From the NCBI RefSeq assembly GCF_000315625.1, contig NW_005434638.1, positions 251,300 to 315,299 of the forward strand: a stretch of DNA of 64,000 nucleotides, in the 5' to 3' direction. The position numbers and the translations under genes are program-made. Below are positions 10,380 through 22,557 of the stretch, in pieces. The notes below the pieces were generated by a model. It saw only the letters and a list, made by a program, of their open reading frames with translations, made no database searches and was not told where the DNA came from. Origin of the DNA: Guillardia theta CCMP2712. Its lineage: Eukaryota > Protista > Cryptophyta. Position 1 is the first letter of the stretch; each line of letters opens with the position of its first letter.

Positions 10380-12735
10380 GAGGAAGCTGCCTACATGAAG
10401 CAGACCTGCTCTTGCGCATAGTTCTGCTCGTGCTTTCTTGCTGCTCTCGTTCTCCTCTTGCCGCTGCTTTCCTTCTCCTCCCCTCGCCCCTCTGCATCTG
10501 CTTACGATCCATCAGAGTCGAGATCTGGATCAAAAGAATCGACAACTCCGGGAGAAGCTCCGGGCAGTGACGGGGTCAGACAAACTTTCCTTCGATCCTA
10601 TCAAGGCTAGCGATGCTGGAGCAGGAGGTGGAGGGTGATGGCTGATGCAGGTCAAGGCGCAGCTGGAGGAGAAGGATGCGTTGATCAAGAAGCTGGAACA
10701 TGACAACCTTGTGTTGAAGAGGGTGAGAGGACTTCGTTTCCTACTACCTTTCTGCTCCCTGCTCCCTATTCCCCCCTCCCTTCTCCCTCCTCCGCGATCC
10801 TTGCTTCCAATTCCATGCACATTCCTCCCTCGTTCTCAAATTCCCATTCCGAACTCTTCTTTTCTTCCCCCTTCAACTTGCCAGCTCTCTTACGTGGATG
10901 GTCAGGTTGCTGAAAGCTCTGAAAAGAAGCTCAAGGCAAAATCGAAGGAGCAGGCGGTGGGAAACCAGGACCTGCGGGAGCACTGCAAGTTCTTGGAGGA
11001 GGAGATCGAGAACAAGAACCGTGAGCTGCGCGAGAGTCAGGTGAGGCAGGTTGAGGAGTAGTGTTAGAGACACGCCGATCGTTGATGGTTGTTACCCTCG
11101 GCGGATATTCTTTTGACTTTTCCTCTCCAGGTCATCATCAAGAAGCAGCAGTCACAGCTGAAGAGGATGCGGTTGGACTTCAACAGCCTGCAGAAGTTGA
11201 ATCAGGTCAACTGGTGTGAGCTGGGATGAAACTCTCCTTGACTTGTTTCCTCCCCTCAGGATCGAATCAAGCTCGATGCAATATTAGATGAGGTTGCCCC
11301 CACCACCTTTTACCTTACCCCTCCCTCCTCCCTATACCCGTCTCTCTCGTGCCCTCTCATTGCTCCGTCCTCTCCTCCTCGTCCTCCTCGTCCTCGTCCT
11401 CCTCCTCCTCGTCCTCCTCCTCGTCCTCGTCCTCGTCCTCCTCCTCCTCCTCCTCCTCCTCCTCCTCGCCTGAGCCAAGCGCTTTGTCCAGCCGATTGAA
11501 GATAATGAGAGCGGCAACACATTCCTCACTGGAATAGATCGATACGGCAGAAACTTACAATCGCACCCCCCGGACTCTGCGAACATGCAGATGGATGCAG
11601 AGTTCTGTAAGAACCTTGTTGCTGTCAGTGCTCTTCCTCTCCTACTTGCTGTCTCCTCGCTTTCTGTCTCCCTGCAGCCCCCGCGTCTCCTTCCTTGGCA
11701 GGCTCCTGCTCCTGTCTCCTCCTCTTTGCCCGTATCTTCCTCAGCCAACTCACCGCCTTCGCAGATCGACATTCTTCTGCCGGCTCCAAGAGCACGAGCG
11801 AGGCTGATTCGGACGCGAGATCTGACAGATCGAGGTGACTTCAACACTGAGGAAGAGAGGAGGAGGAGGAGATGAGATCATGGCCCCTCACAGGCAGCAG
11901 AGCCGCAAGAAGGTGATGGCCAAGAAGGGCAGGCCGGGAGAGAAGAAGAGGAGGAGCAAGGTTGTCAACGAGAACAACGAGATGGTCCGGCTGGACGATG
12001 GGTGGAAGGAGGAGAGAGGAGGGAACAAGGCGCAGAGAAAGCCGATCACGCCGGCAGACATGGCAGGCAAGCTGGACTGGTCAAAGTTTCTCAACGGCTG
12101 CTTGACTCGCTCGCAGGACTTTACAGCAAGAACAAGAAGATCCCAACTCTCAAGATCGACGATGACGTCTCAGACCGGTCTGCTCGGCCTCCTGGCTGTC
12201 ATGCTGCTGTTTCATCCTCACCTGCAGCAGGAAGTCGATGACCTACGAGTCCTTACTGAGCCCGGATGCCAGGAAGGCGTTGGATGATGCCAGAAGTTGG
12301 CGGTCAAAACAGCACAGGTGACAATTGTTGATTTCTCCTCGGATAAAGTTAGATGCCTCCCGTACTCTGATCTGATGCTTTTCTTCTGTTTCGTCGTGTC
12401 CTCCCTCTTCTCTTGTTCACTGCTCTGATCCGAACTCACATGTTCCTCTGCAGTCTCGATGGGAACGAAGACAATCACGGTTGGCATCCCCGTCTGCTCC
12501 CCTTGGATGTGATCCTCGTTGCAGATGTGGGGTCAGAAGATGGTTCGGAGCCAGAGGACGATGATGAGCCGAAGGAATCCGCGAGGGTGAGAGGAGGAGA
12601 AGGAGGAGGAGGCTGATAGTTGATCGCTGACATGTGTAGCAGACCGAACAAGCTTACGAGGACGAAGACTTCGAGGAGATGAGTGTAGCTGACTCGCAAA
12701 GGAGTGCTCGTGTACATAACAATCAAGATGAGGTG
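8454..12735 (+). CDS. Large multi-exon protein with a disordered N-terminus and long coiled coil, function unknown
   Basis: 371-codon first ORF ending at donor AAG|GTATGA, followed by coiled-coil exons (LEKERSSLNKVHRQYQKEY; VKAQLEEKDALIKKLEHDN; LEEEIENKNRELRESQ) separated by GT-AG introns. The 3' end is approximate and this could be two genes. Confidence 0.65.
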
Positions 12736-13008
12736 AGTCGAGATGGAGGGATGACCAGTGACAAGTCCAGAGAGAATGTGCTGTTGTTGGTGGAGGTGTA
12801 AAGTGATGCGAGGAGCAAGTGAACTCTGTTGATTGGTCTAGATTCTGCCTTGTTGTCTAGTCTTGTTCTGTCATGTTTGCACTGTTCTCACCTGTATTTT
12901 GACAGGAGTCGGTAGAAGAGGATATGGACATGTTGTTGGCAGGGCTAACAGAAGGAAACTAATCATTATGTACATTATTCTTTGATACTTGAAATCAATA
13001 AATTCAAC

Positions 13009-13123
13009 TCCTCTCCTCTCCTCTCCTCTCCTCTCCTCTCCTCTCCTCTCCTCTCCTCTCCTCTCCTCTCCTCTCCTCTCCTCTCCTCTCCTCTCCTCTC
13101 CTCTCCTCTCCTCTCCTCTCCTC
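13009..13123. repeat. (CTCTC)n microsatellite
   Basis: Pure pentanucleotide run; a similar one lies at about 25697-25780. Confidence 0.95.
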
Positions 13124-13248
13124 ATGTCTCCTCTCCTTCCCTCTCCATTCTCTCTGCTCCCCGTCCTTCCTTCTCATCTCGTTTCTCATCCTGATTCAAC
13201 GCACCGTCGATCAGTTTCTGCAATCGCTGGATGCACGCAGCAACAATC

Positions 13249-15212
13249 TCAATGAGGCCCTGCACATAGTTGGAGGCGAATATCGCCCTGTTCGAGGGAA
13301 GAGAAAAGAAGAATCAGAAAACAGGAGGAGGAGGAGGGGAGGGGGAGGGACAGGAATTCAGGGTAAGGAGCAGGAGAAAGATGAGGAGGAGGCGGGAGCG
13401 GAGGATGAGCAGAGGAAGAGGTTGACGAACAACCTGCTCCCTGGGAGCTTGGAAAGATCCAACTTGTCCAACTTCTCAAGTTTCACTTCCTTGGAGGAAC
13501 TCAGTTGCTCGTCAAGTCACAGTCTGAGGTATCAAACCTGCATCTCCTTCAGCTCTTCGAGCATCTCCGGGTAAATCCTGATGGGCTGACCCTTCTCGAT
13601 CTCTGCAAGGTCTTCCTGCACATGCGGGGAGGAGCAGCGGGCAGCGATGGAAGAAGGATTCGAGAGGGGAGGGGAGAGGAGGGGAGGAGAGGAGAGGGAA
13701 GAGGAGGGGAGGGGAGAGGAGGAGGAGGACGAAGAGCAGAATGAATGAGACGTCAGGGAGACCGGATCACAAGTAAAGGGGGGAAGAAAAGAAGCAACCT
13801 CGTCTGACAGCAAGATGGCGATATTTGAGATGTTATCCTGAAACATGTGAGTCTTTCTCGGCACAAGGAAAGCTGAACAACCATCGAGATCCCGGTCGGG
13901 ATATCCATCGAAATGTAGAAAGTTTCTGAGAGCAAGCAACATCGTCACTATCTGCCTCTTGAACTAGGAGATCTGACTTGTCAAGATGCGATTCTCCTCC
14001 GGAATGACGGTGAGGATGTGATCTTTCAGCAGGCTCATCTTCACTCTTCCATCAGAACGCTTTCGAACGCACTGACAGACGACAACCTTTCTCTTGAACA
14101 TGTCAGGATCCGATTCCACACAAGAGAACCTCGAAGCTGCAGAGTGCTCTGATCAGAACAACCCAGCCATCGACGTCAAATGTTTCAACTCACCCAGCTT
14201 GTCTGCGGGGTTGTCTTCGAGTGCAAACCCGTATGCAAACATGAGCTCCTCATTCGACTTAGAGCTCCCGTAGTTGAAGAACAGCTGCTCCCCCTTCGCC
14301 ATCTTCTTCTGTCCACGTCGTCACCTCCCCCCCTCCCTCCCCCCTCTCCCTCCCTCCCTCCCTCCCTCCCCCCCTCCCTCCCTCGCTCCTCCCCTCCCTC
14401 CCCTCCCTCCCTCCTCGCCTTCAGCTCACACTCGCTCTCAGAATGACGTGGGACTCGTCGCCTGATAGCTTGCAGGACGCAAGCGCGTCATGATTGATCA
14501 GATCCATCACGGGGAGGAAGCAAGGCAGAAGGTCCTCCTCCTCCCTCCCCAGCACGGCCCCAGCAGGCTTGACGAGGCCCTGGAGGAAGCATCGCTCGAG
14601 CACAACACTACGGCACCACATCATATCATCCCACGTCATCTCCTCTCCCAGCGAGAGCTCCTGGCACACCAACTTCATGTCTGACAGCTCTGACCGGGCT
14701 GACAGGGCGAGGTTGGTTCCTTCCAGCGCAGCTCGCTCCTCCTCTGGCCAGTTGAGGAAGTTCAGGCCCTTAGGAACCGTGAGCAGGTACTCATAGAGAG
14801 GATGCTGAGCGAGCCTCCTGGCCTTGAACAGCTCCCAGAGCAGGGGTAGGTGGAGCCTCTTGCTGACTTCCCCCATCCTCGCAGCATGCTCCTGAGGAAC
14901 GGAGCGAAATCTCCGTTGCAGCTCCTCCTGCTGATGGCTTGGGAACGGCATGGTCTTGCACTTCTCCATCCTAGCCAGCTCCGCTCCCTCCTCCACATCT
15001 TCATCGCAGAACAGTCCCACCTCACACCCTCCTTCACAGTCGTACCCCTCCACATGTAACCGATCAAGGCAGGATACCTTCACTCTCACTCCTTCCACCA
15101 TCTTGCGCATGCAGGAGTTCAGGAGCTCCACTCTCGTGCCCGCATGGCAGGGAACTTCCGCCATCGTCGCCAGCATGAGCAGCAGCAGTAGCGCCCCCGC
15201 GCTGACTGACAT
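13249..15212 (-). CDS. SET-domain protein lysine methyltransferase (Rubisco-LSMT/SETD3-like), multi-exon
   Basis: LEGTNL...MMWCRSVVLERCF...LPVMDLINHD, next exon GEQLFFNYGSSKSNEELMFAYGFALEDNP: the SET NH and NYG/YGF motifs. Hydrophobic N-terminus. The 3' end is approximate. Confidence 0.85.
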
Positions 15213-15436
15213 TGCGACCGGTGAAATCGGGAATCGGGAAAAATAGGAACTCGTTCAGGGAGGGTAAAATGGGGATTGGGAGGAGGCCGCTGGGAGGGAA
15301 GTGTTGAGGGAGAAGAGAGGAGGAGGAGGAGGAGCAGGCGAGGAGGAGGAGAAGGCGAGGAGGAAGAGGAGGAGGAGGAGGAGGAGGAGGAGGCGAGGAG
15401 GAGGAGGAGGAGGAGGAGGAAGACGAGGAAGGGGAA

Positions 15437-15536
15437 NNNNNNNNNNNNNNNNNNNNNNNNNNNNNNNNNNNNNNNNNNNNNNNNNNNNNNNNNNNNNNNN
15501 NNNNNNNNNNNNNNNNNNNNNNNNNNNNNNNNNNNN
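15437..15536. other. Scaffold gap (100 N) flanked by GGA/GAG low-complexity DNA
   Basis: Seen directly. Confidence 0.99.
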
Positions 15537-15738
15537 TCTTTGCTGTGAATCCATGGGTCTGGTACCGAGGAGGAGGCGGTAAGGAGGAAGACGAGGAAGG
15601 GGGAGGGGGGGGGGAGGAGGACGAGGAGGAAGACGAGGAGGAGGAGGAGAAGGAGGAGAACGACGACGAGGAGGAGGCGGTAAGGAGGAAGACGAGGAAG
15701 ACGAGGAGGAGGGGGAGGAGGGGGAGGACGAGAAGGAG

Positions 15739-15774
<36 letters not shown>

Positions 15775-15832
15775 GATGAGGAGGACGAGGAGCAATGAGA
15801 AAGCCCCGTCTAACGAGAAGTTCCAGCCCGGC

Positions 15833-17883
15833 ATGTCGATCCTCAAGCTCAGCCAGTCAGGCGCGGCGAGCGTGCTGATGGAAGCCATCAGGAACGGAGG
15901 GAACGTGGACGAGAAGGACAGCTATGTGCGCCTCTGCTCTGACCTGCCTCCTCTCGATGATCCTCTCGCCAGGGCTCGTCAGCCTTGCATCGAGCAGCGC
16001 GCGGAGGGAACGAAGAGGCGGTCCGTGTGCTCCTGGAAGCCAAGGCCGCAGTTGATGCCAGGGACAGGAAGATGGTGAAAGTTGGACTTGTGCCAGCTAG
16101 CAGTGAAGCTGAGCGACTCTTGCGTTGTTCAGATGACTCCTCTGCATGAAGCATGCTCGGGCGGCCATCGGCGATGCGTCGAGCTCCTGCTGCAGTATCG
16201 AGCTGATCCCAACACCAAGAAGACAAACTCGAGCGTTACCAACGGAGGTTTCACCCCACTGTAAGAGATGTTACTAGATTGAGAGAGGTTACATGCACTA
16301 GATTGAGAGAGGTAACATGTAGTAGATTGAGAGAGTTTACATGCAGTAGATCGAGAGAGTTTACATGCAGTAGATCGAGAGAGTTTACATGTAGTAGATT
16401 GAGAGAGGTTACATGTACTTGATTGAGAGAGGTTACATGTACTTGATTGAGAGAGGTTACATGTACTTGATTGAGAGAGGTTACATGTACTTGATTGAGG
16501 GATGATGCACGTTCTTGGTTCAGAAACGTCACAAGTTCTAGATGTAGATGTCCAACCAGTTCGTCTTTGTCATGACTTGTCGCTTCCCAGGCATTTCGCA
16601 GCCTGCCATGGACATCTCGACTGCATCGAGATCCTCGTCGCTGCCAAGGGGGATGTGTGTCTCATCCTCCGTCCCTGTGCAGCGTCCAGCTGAGGGTCCA
16701 GCAGGTGTTGGGAGGAAACAGAGCAGGAGAATGTCCACTACATGTTGCTGTACGATCAGATCACCTGCCTATCGTCCGCCATCTCCTGGTGCGTCTGTCC
16801 TGACCCATCCTCCTCTCTCTTCCCCTTGCTCAGTGTCACTGTCAGTGTCAGTCTCCTTCGCCAACTTTGTCCATCCCTGCTCTTTCTTTCTCTTTCTCTG
16901 TCACTTTTCTGCTCTGGATGATTCCATGATTCGTTCTTCCTCAGGAAGCAGGGGTACCTCCGTTTGCCAAGTCTCACAACGGCAGAACTCCCCTGCATGT
17001 CGCCTGTCTCCATGGCAGGTGCGCCTGCCGACGGCAGCAGCAGCAGGTGTTTGCTCAGATCTCTAACAGGACAGAATGTGCCCGGGCTCTGCTGGACAAG
17101 GCAGCCAGCCTGGAAGGTGGAGCAAAGCGCTTGATGCTCCAAGGAGACTGCGGGGACTCGATCCCGCTGCATGAAGCTGCGGCGGTAAGGTCGTGAATCC
17201 TGAACCTTCCGATGACCCTCAGCACAGGGAGGGCACGCGAAGCTCGTCGAGTTGCTAGTCGATCGGTAGAGTTTGAGTCAGAGGTCCCCTCCGAGCAGGG
17301 CCTGACCATCAGCAAGGGATTCCCCCGTTGACAGCCAAGACAAGCACGGGAGGACCTCGCTGCTGTGTGCGAGTGAGGAGCGGCACCTTGAGACCGTCCG
17401 GTGAGGAGCAGAGGAATCCTTAGCTTCCTTGTCACTGCCCCGCCAGTTTCCTCATCCAGAAAGGCGCCCTCCTGCAGCGAGAACATCCTCAGGTCCAGCA
17501 AGAGTTGCCGCCTGTCCTGGGCAGCTGAGTCTTTGCAGGTGATTGCAGCGCTGGAGGGGAAGCCCGCTTCATCGATCCAGCCAAGTTTCCTCCAGCAGGT
17601 CCTCCCTCCCCACCTCCTCCTCCTCCGTAAGCACAGCCAGCAGGCTGTCGCGAAAGTCTCACCAGTGGCCAACGCGATCTTTCAGTCTCTTGAGGTTCGA
17701 CAGGGTGGGGGTTTGTGTGTTGTCCAGTGAAAGACGCTGTAGGAAAACTCCAACAAAGAAGTCAAGGAGCAGGACGATGTTCCAACGGGAAAGCAGAGGA
17801 GGAAGGCGTCGAGACAACTGAGGAAGCAGAGAGCGCAGGAAGAAAACTTAGCCAGCACAGAAAACAACCCGATTCTTAAGTGA
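15833..17883 (+). CDS. Ankyrin-repeat protein, multi-exon
   Basis: SALHRAA, MTPLHEACSGGHRRCVELLLQYRADPN, GFTPL|HFAACHGHLDCIEILVAAKGD, IPLHEAAA. The true start may lie upstream, near the gap. Confidence 0.8.
16277..16499. repeat. 24-bp intronic minisatellite, about 9 copies (AGATTGAGAGAGGTTACATGTACT)
   Basis: Head-to-tail copies without spacers inside the intron that starts at 16261. Confidence 0.9.
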
Positions 17884-18730
17884 GAATGGAAAACTTAACG
17901 TGCATGAAGAAGTTCAGTCCTGATTGCCCTGGGGCAGTCCGATCTACGTCAACCGTACAAGAAGCGCTCGATCAGAAATGTCTCGCGTGAGTGTTTCGGT
18001 TCTCCAAGTTAACTAAAGTTCACAGTAGTATAATCTCTGTGGATTGAGGGGGTAGTGTTATCTAATTGCAGGGGGTGGGTAGCTGCTGTCCGTTATCAAC
18101 GCCTGACGATGGCCAGTGCCAGGGAGGGAGGAGGAGGAAGAGAAGGAAGAGGAGAAGGAGGAGCAGGAAGATTAAGAAGAGAAGGAGCGGGATATGCATG
18201 GAGACAAAAGAAGGACAGGATAAGGACAAGCGCAATGGCGGAGTGTGGGAGATTAGGAGGAGGATGGTGGCAGAGTAGTAGGGGAGATTGTGAAATCTGT
18301 ATAGAAGAATCAGAAGGCAGCGGAGAGAACGATCGTTATGACCATGACAATGACGTTGTTTGTCTTTGTGCACGTTTTAATGATTGTAAGATTTGAGGAG
18401 AAGACAAGAATATATATGTACAAGGGAATTATGTAGTTATCTTTGATATACCTCGAGAATAATTGAAGAAAATCTGAGGAGACCGAACAGAGGAGCTTCG
18501 ACATCGAGGCATTCTACAATTTTCAGCTGTTTTCTTAGACATCTCTCGCTTGTACAAACCCTTGCACTCGTGTCTGATAATTTGTTTTTTTCTGCAGATA
18601 CATCGGACGAGATTTGCCATTTCATTCATTCTTTTTGTTGAGTTCTTCGGGCAAGGGGAGTACCTTCCTTGTCCTCTGATGCCCTTCTGAGCAGGAGCAG
18701 GCAGATCGCCCGCACCTGAACATAAGTACG

Positions 18731-20179
18731 ATGATGTCCAGTCCCACCAACGGGACCTACTCCTTCGCCTCCGAACCCCGGCCTGTGTCCAACAGGAAGC
18801 TCGCTCCCGACGTGGCAGGCGATGCAGAGGACAGAGTCGCGATCAACATCATGTGGGACAAGAGGGTCGTGCGTGGGAACACCTTGTCCTCTCCTCCAGT
18901 GCCTGCACGTCCCGTGGAGAAACAGCGGTCGTCGAGCCCGCACGCGTCCCCTCCCAACCTGCTGGGAACTACCCGGGGGTCGAGGAGGAGGAGGTCGAGA
19001 GGGATGAGCCAGACGCAGATCAGTGTGCCTGTGGTGGAGTGTCTGCTGGAAGAGATCACGGACAGACCTGTGGAGATTGTGTTCGAGGCAGGAGGGAAGA
19101 AGCTGGAGGACAGGCCGCCGTCTCCTCTCTTCATCCCCCAGCAGATCGGCGTCGACAAAGAGACGCAGGTGGAGCCTGGGGATCTGTTTGACTTCGATGC
19201 GGAGGTGCAGCCTCTGCTGGAGATGATCGTGGGGAAGACGCTGGAGCAGAGCCTGGCGGAAGTGATGGAGGAGGACGAGCTGCGTGCCAAGGCGGAGCGG
19301 CGAGATGACTGGGAGATCGTTCAGATGTCAGAGAGGTTCGAGTGTGAGCGAGTCGAGCACGAGCATACCAGGAGGGAGCAAGAGAAGGCTCGGAGAGCCG
19401 TGCAGAACAATCAGAGGGAGCAGGAGGAGGCAGCGCGAGACGTCAAGGTCGTCACTCAGAGCTTCTCGCACAACTGGGTTGGAGATGTGTTCTCAACGGT
19501 GTTTGAAGAGCTTAAGGATAGCGGTGAGTGGTCGGTGTGGAGGAGGAGAAGGATGGGAGGAAAGAGGCAGAGGAGGACGAATAGACGAGCTCGTGACTGT
19601 TTCGCAGGATTCTTTTATGACCCCCTCGTGCGTGAAATTGAGGAGGAATTCCTGCCCTGGCTTGCTGAAGGGGTGAGGAGGGGGAGGGGGAGGGGGAGGG
19701 GGAGGGGGAGGGGAGGGGGAGAAAGGAGGATGAAAGAGGAGGAGGAGGAGGGATGGGTCTGGGGGAAGTGGATTCAAGAGTATTGGGTATCTAGAACTGA
19801 TGAGGATCACAGGTTTCAGCGAGCATACAGCACTATCATGATGCAGAGAAGCTCGTGGAGGAAGAGATCAAGAAAACAGTGAAGCTGCACGAGCAGAGGT
19901 GAGGAGGAGGGGAGGATGGAAGAGGAGGAGGTAGTGGGAGCGGTGGGGTATGGAGGGGGATGGGGGGTTGAGAGGGAGGAGGACATGACACGGGGTTGCA
20001 GACAATCGGATGCCCGGCAAGCGTATGAGAGGCAGGTTGAGGAGGAGAAGAGAGCAAGAGAGGAGGAGGCAGCGGAGGCAGCAGCTGAAGCGGAGGCAGC
20101 AGCCAAGGAATTGGAAGAGAGTGAAGGGAAAGAGCAGGGAGCGCCGCAGGAAGAGAACAGCGAGGCACCTGAAACATAA
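18731..20179 (+). CDS. RSP3: Flagellar radial spoke protein 3
   Basis: NIMWDKRVVRGNT, LEEITDRPVE, RPPSPLFIP...DKETQVEPGDLFDFDAEVQPLLEMIVGKTLEQSLAEVMEEDEL, GFFYDPLVREIEEEFLPWL. Introns after about 19524. Confidence 0.92.
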
Positions 20180-20759
20180 GAATGGTACACGACATGATGC
20201 TGTAAATGTATCCTCAACTCCCTTTTCTTTCCTGCTCTTTCCCAGCTCGTCTCCTCCTCTACTTTTTCCAGCTCTCAAAGAAACCTCCACGTCACGAGCA
20301 CAAACTTGCGCGATCTCCGACTACATGTTTTATTGTAATATGCTTGTGATATGTCATTCTCCATATGGTTTGCTTCCATCCAACATGTTTCCGCTCCCCT
20401 TTCCCACCCACACCCATCCCTGCCAAGGTGCATATCATGAGAATGGCAATTACGATGACGATGCCGGAGGGTGGGACGAGGAGGAGAGGAGAGGAGAGAA
20501 GAGGAGCTGAGAGTGAAGGAAGCAAACGATGTTGACGAGGTTCAGGGAGGATCACGAGGATATGAGCAGTAGAGGAGACGCAGAAGATATCCCAACAAGA
20601 ACTTTGAAGGTACCTCTTTCTTCCCCTTGTATCGATAGTTCTGAGGACAGAAAAACCTTGCAAACGGATTCTGCTCCCACAGTCACACCTCCACTCTCAC
20701 CACCACACTCAGATCCTCCTCACCTGCGCTCTCAGCTTCACTGCTAACTTCTTGACCTC

Positions 20760-22557
20760 ATCGCCTACGGGAGATCAGCCCCACCATGACAGCAGAAGCA
20801 TGGCTCACAGAGTAGCTGGTATGAGTCTCTGCACTGCTTCGGCGTGATGCCGATGAGTTCAGGAATGATCTGCACCGCGGTAAGGAGAAAAGCGCTGGCG
20901 AAGAGAAGCGGGAGAGAGAAGAGGCTTGAACAAAACCATGCATATTAAGGAAGAAAGGAGGAAGGAGAGAAGGAGGGATAAGGACGTGAGAGAAGGAGGG
21001 AGGAAGGGAGCAAGAAATTTCTACCTGTTGTCGTAACTCTGCACTTTTATACACGTAATGACTGTCCATATGGTACAAGTTGTCGACACCTGAAAGTGTT
21101 CAGCATCACATCAGAACAATCATAAATACCCATCCTCCAAAGTTTCCAATGGCTCCATCCATACACCACTTTGCACATACTCGTGGATTCACCTCCGCAT
21201 GCGACAACGCAACACAGCACAGCATCGCGTTCCATTCTTACTCATGACTTGGTCTCACCTCGTAGTGGAATCAAGTTCCCATCGTCATCATATAGGACCG
21301 AAACTGTCACCAGTGAACCATCAGCCTTGACCATCTACAATCCATCACATTTCACTTGAGATCCCTGAGCCCCCGTTGTAGATAAATCCGTTCTCAACAA
21401 GGAAGAGCTGCTTCGGCTCGCTGAACCTGCGCACATACCGCTTACTACATACAAGCAACATTTACAATGTTCGTACGTATCATCCTGCTCGTTCAGCAAG
21501 ATCGATTTGTGCTGGAACACCATCGCACGTCCTGCCCTCTCACCCTTCCACATTCCCAGCAACATCTCCTATCGATCCCCGTCACCAGCTTTCATGCATG
21601 CTCGGAAGCCTTACATCCGGAAGCATCGATTTCGCACCACTTGCTCTACTGAGCTCCTCCAAGTGACGACCAGCAAACCAATAATCAACTTCCTGCAGCG
21701 CGTGTCATGCTCAAGGGAACATCAGGGCATCTTAAACCTCGAACTCTCCCCCACCGTACCTGACGTAGAGAATTAGCGAAGAGAAAGGAGGAATGCAATG
21801 TTGACACGACACGGTGCACGGCATACAGGAGCAGGATCAAGAACACAAGGGATAAGAGGAGCAGGAGCAGGGGCAGGGGCAGGGGCAGGGGCAGAAGCAG
21901 TAGTCTGCCTTACATGATTTGTGCTTTCGCCCTGCCATTAGATGTTTTGCTGACCCAGGCCCAGTTTGGAATGAAGCGGAAAGCCATAAACTGTTCGACC
22001 GATCCCTAGCAATCAACAAGCGTGAGAAGGGCAGGGGCGAGAGGCTTACATGAGCCTCACATGATAAAGTTGCAATGCGATCCCATAGCGCTTGTGGAAG
22101 AAGGTCGTCAGAATACTGCCGTCCTCATCGTTCCCCGTGACCGCGTCCCACCATTCGCAGGGGTCATCAGTCCCTTGTACTACACTGCAAAGCGAGTCAG
22201 GACTAGAGTCGTAGTAAGAGCTCTCTGCAACCTCAACTTGTTGTGAGGTTAAAAAAGCACGTGTCTAAAGCATCTGCCATTCTCCTTGTTGACCTCTCTC
22301 CTAGTCTCAACATCTCCCATTGCATATCATGGAGCTACATATACCACCAAATACCTTCACGTTTGACTTAACTCCCTCTCCACTCCAGCCCCGTTACCTT
22401 CCTCAACTCTGGCCCATGAAAATTTCCTGCATCAATCTCCTTCTATCCTCTCCCTTCTTGTCTCCGCTCCCCCGGCCTCTCCTCCTTCATAGAGATCTTA
22501 CATGGCATTTTCTTTCTTGAGTCTTCTGCTTTCTCCTCTCATCACCTCGACGCCCAT
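20760..22557 (-). CDS. Probable multi-exon gene of unknown function
   Basis: Short coding-like segments bounded by GT/AG (e.g. DDPCEWWDAVTGNDEDGSILTTFFHKRYG); no recognisable family. Confidence 0.3.

Noticed and set aside
16277-16499. Possible CRISPR array
   Set aside because: Contiguous 24-bp units with no unique spacers, inside a spliceosomal intron; no cas genes.
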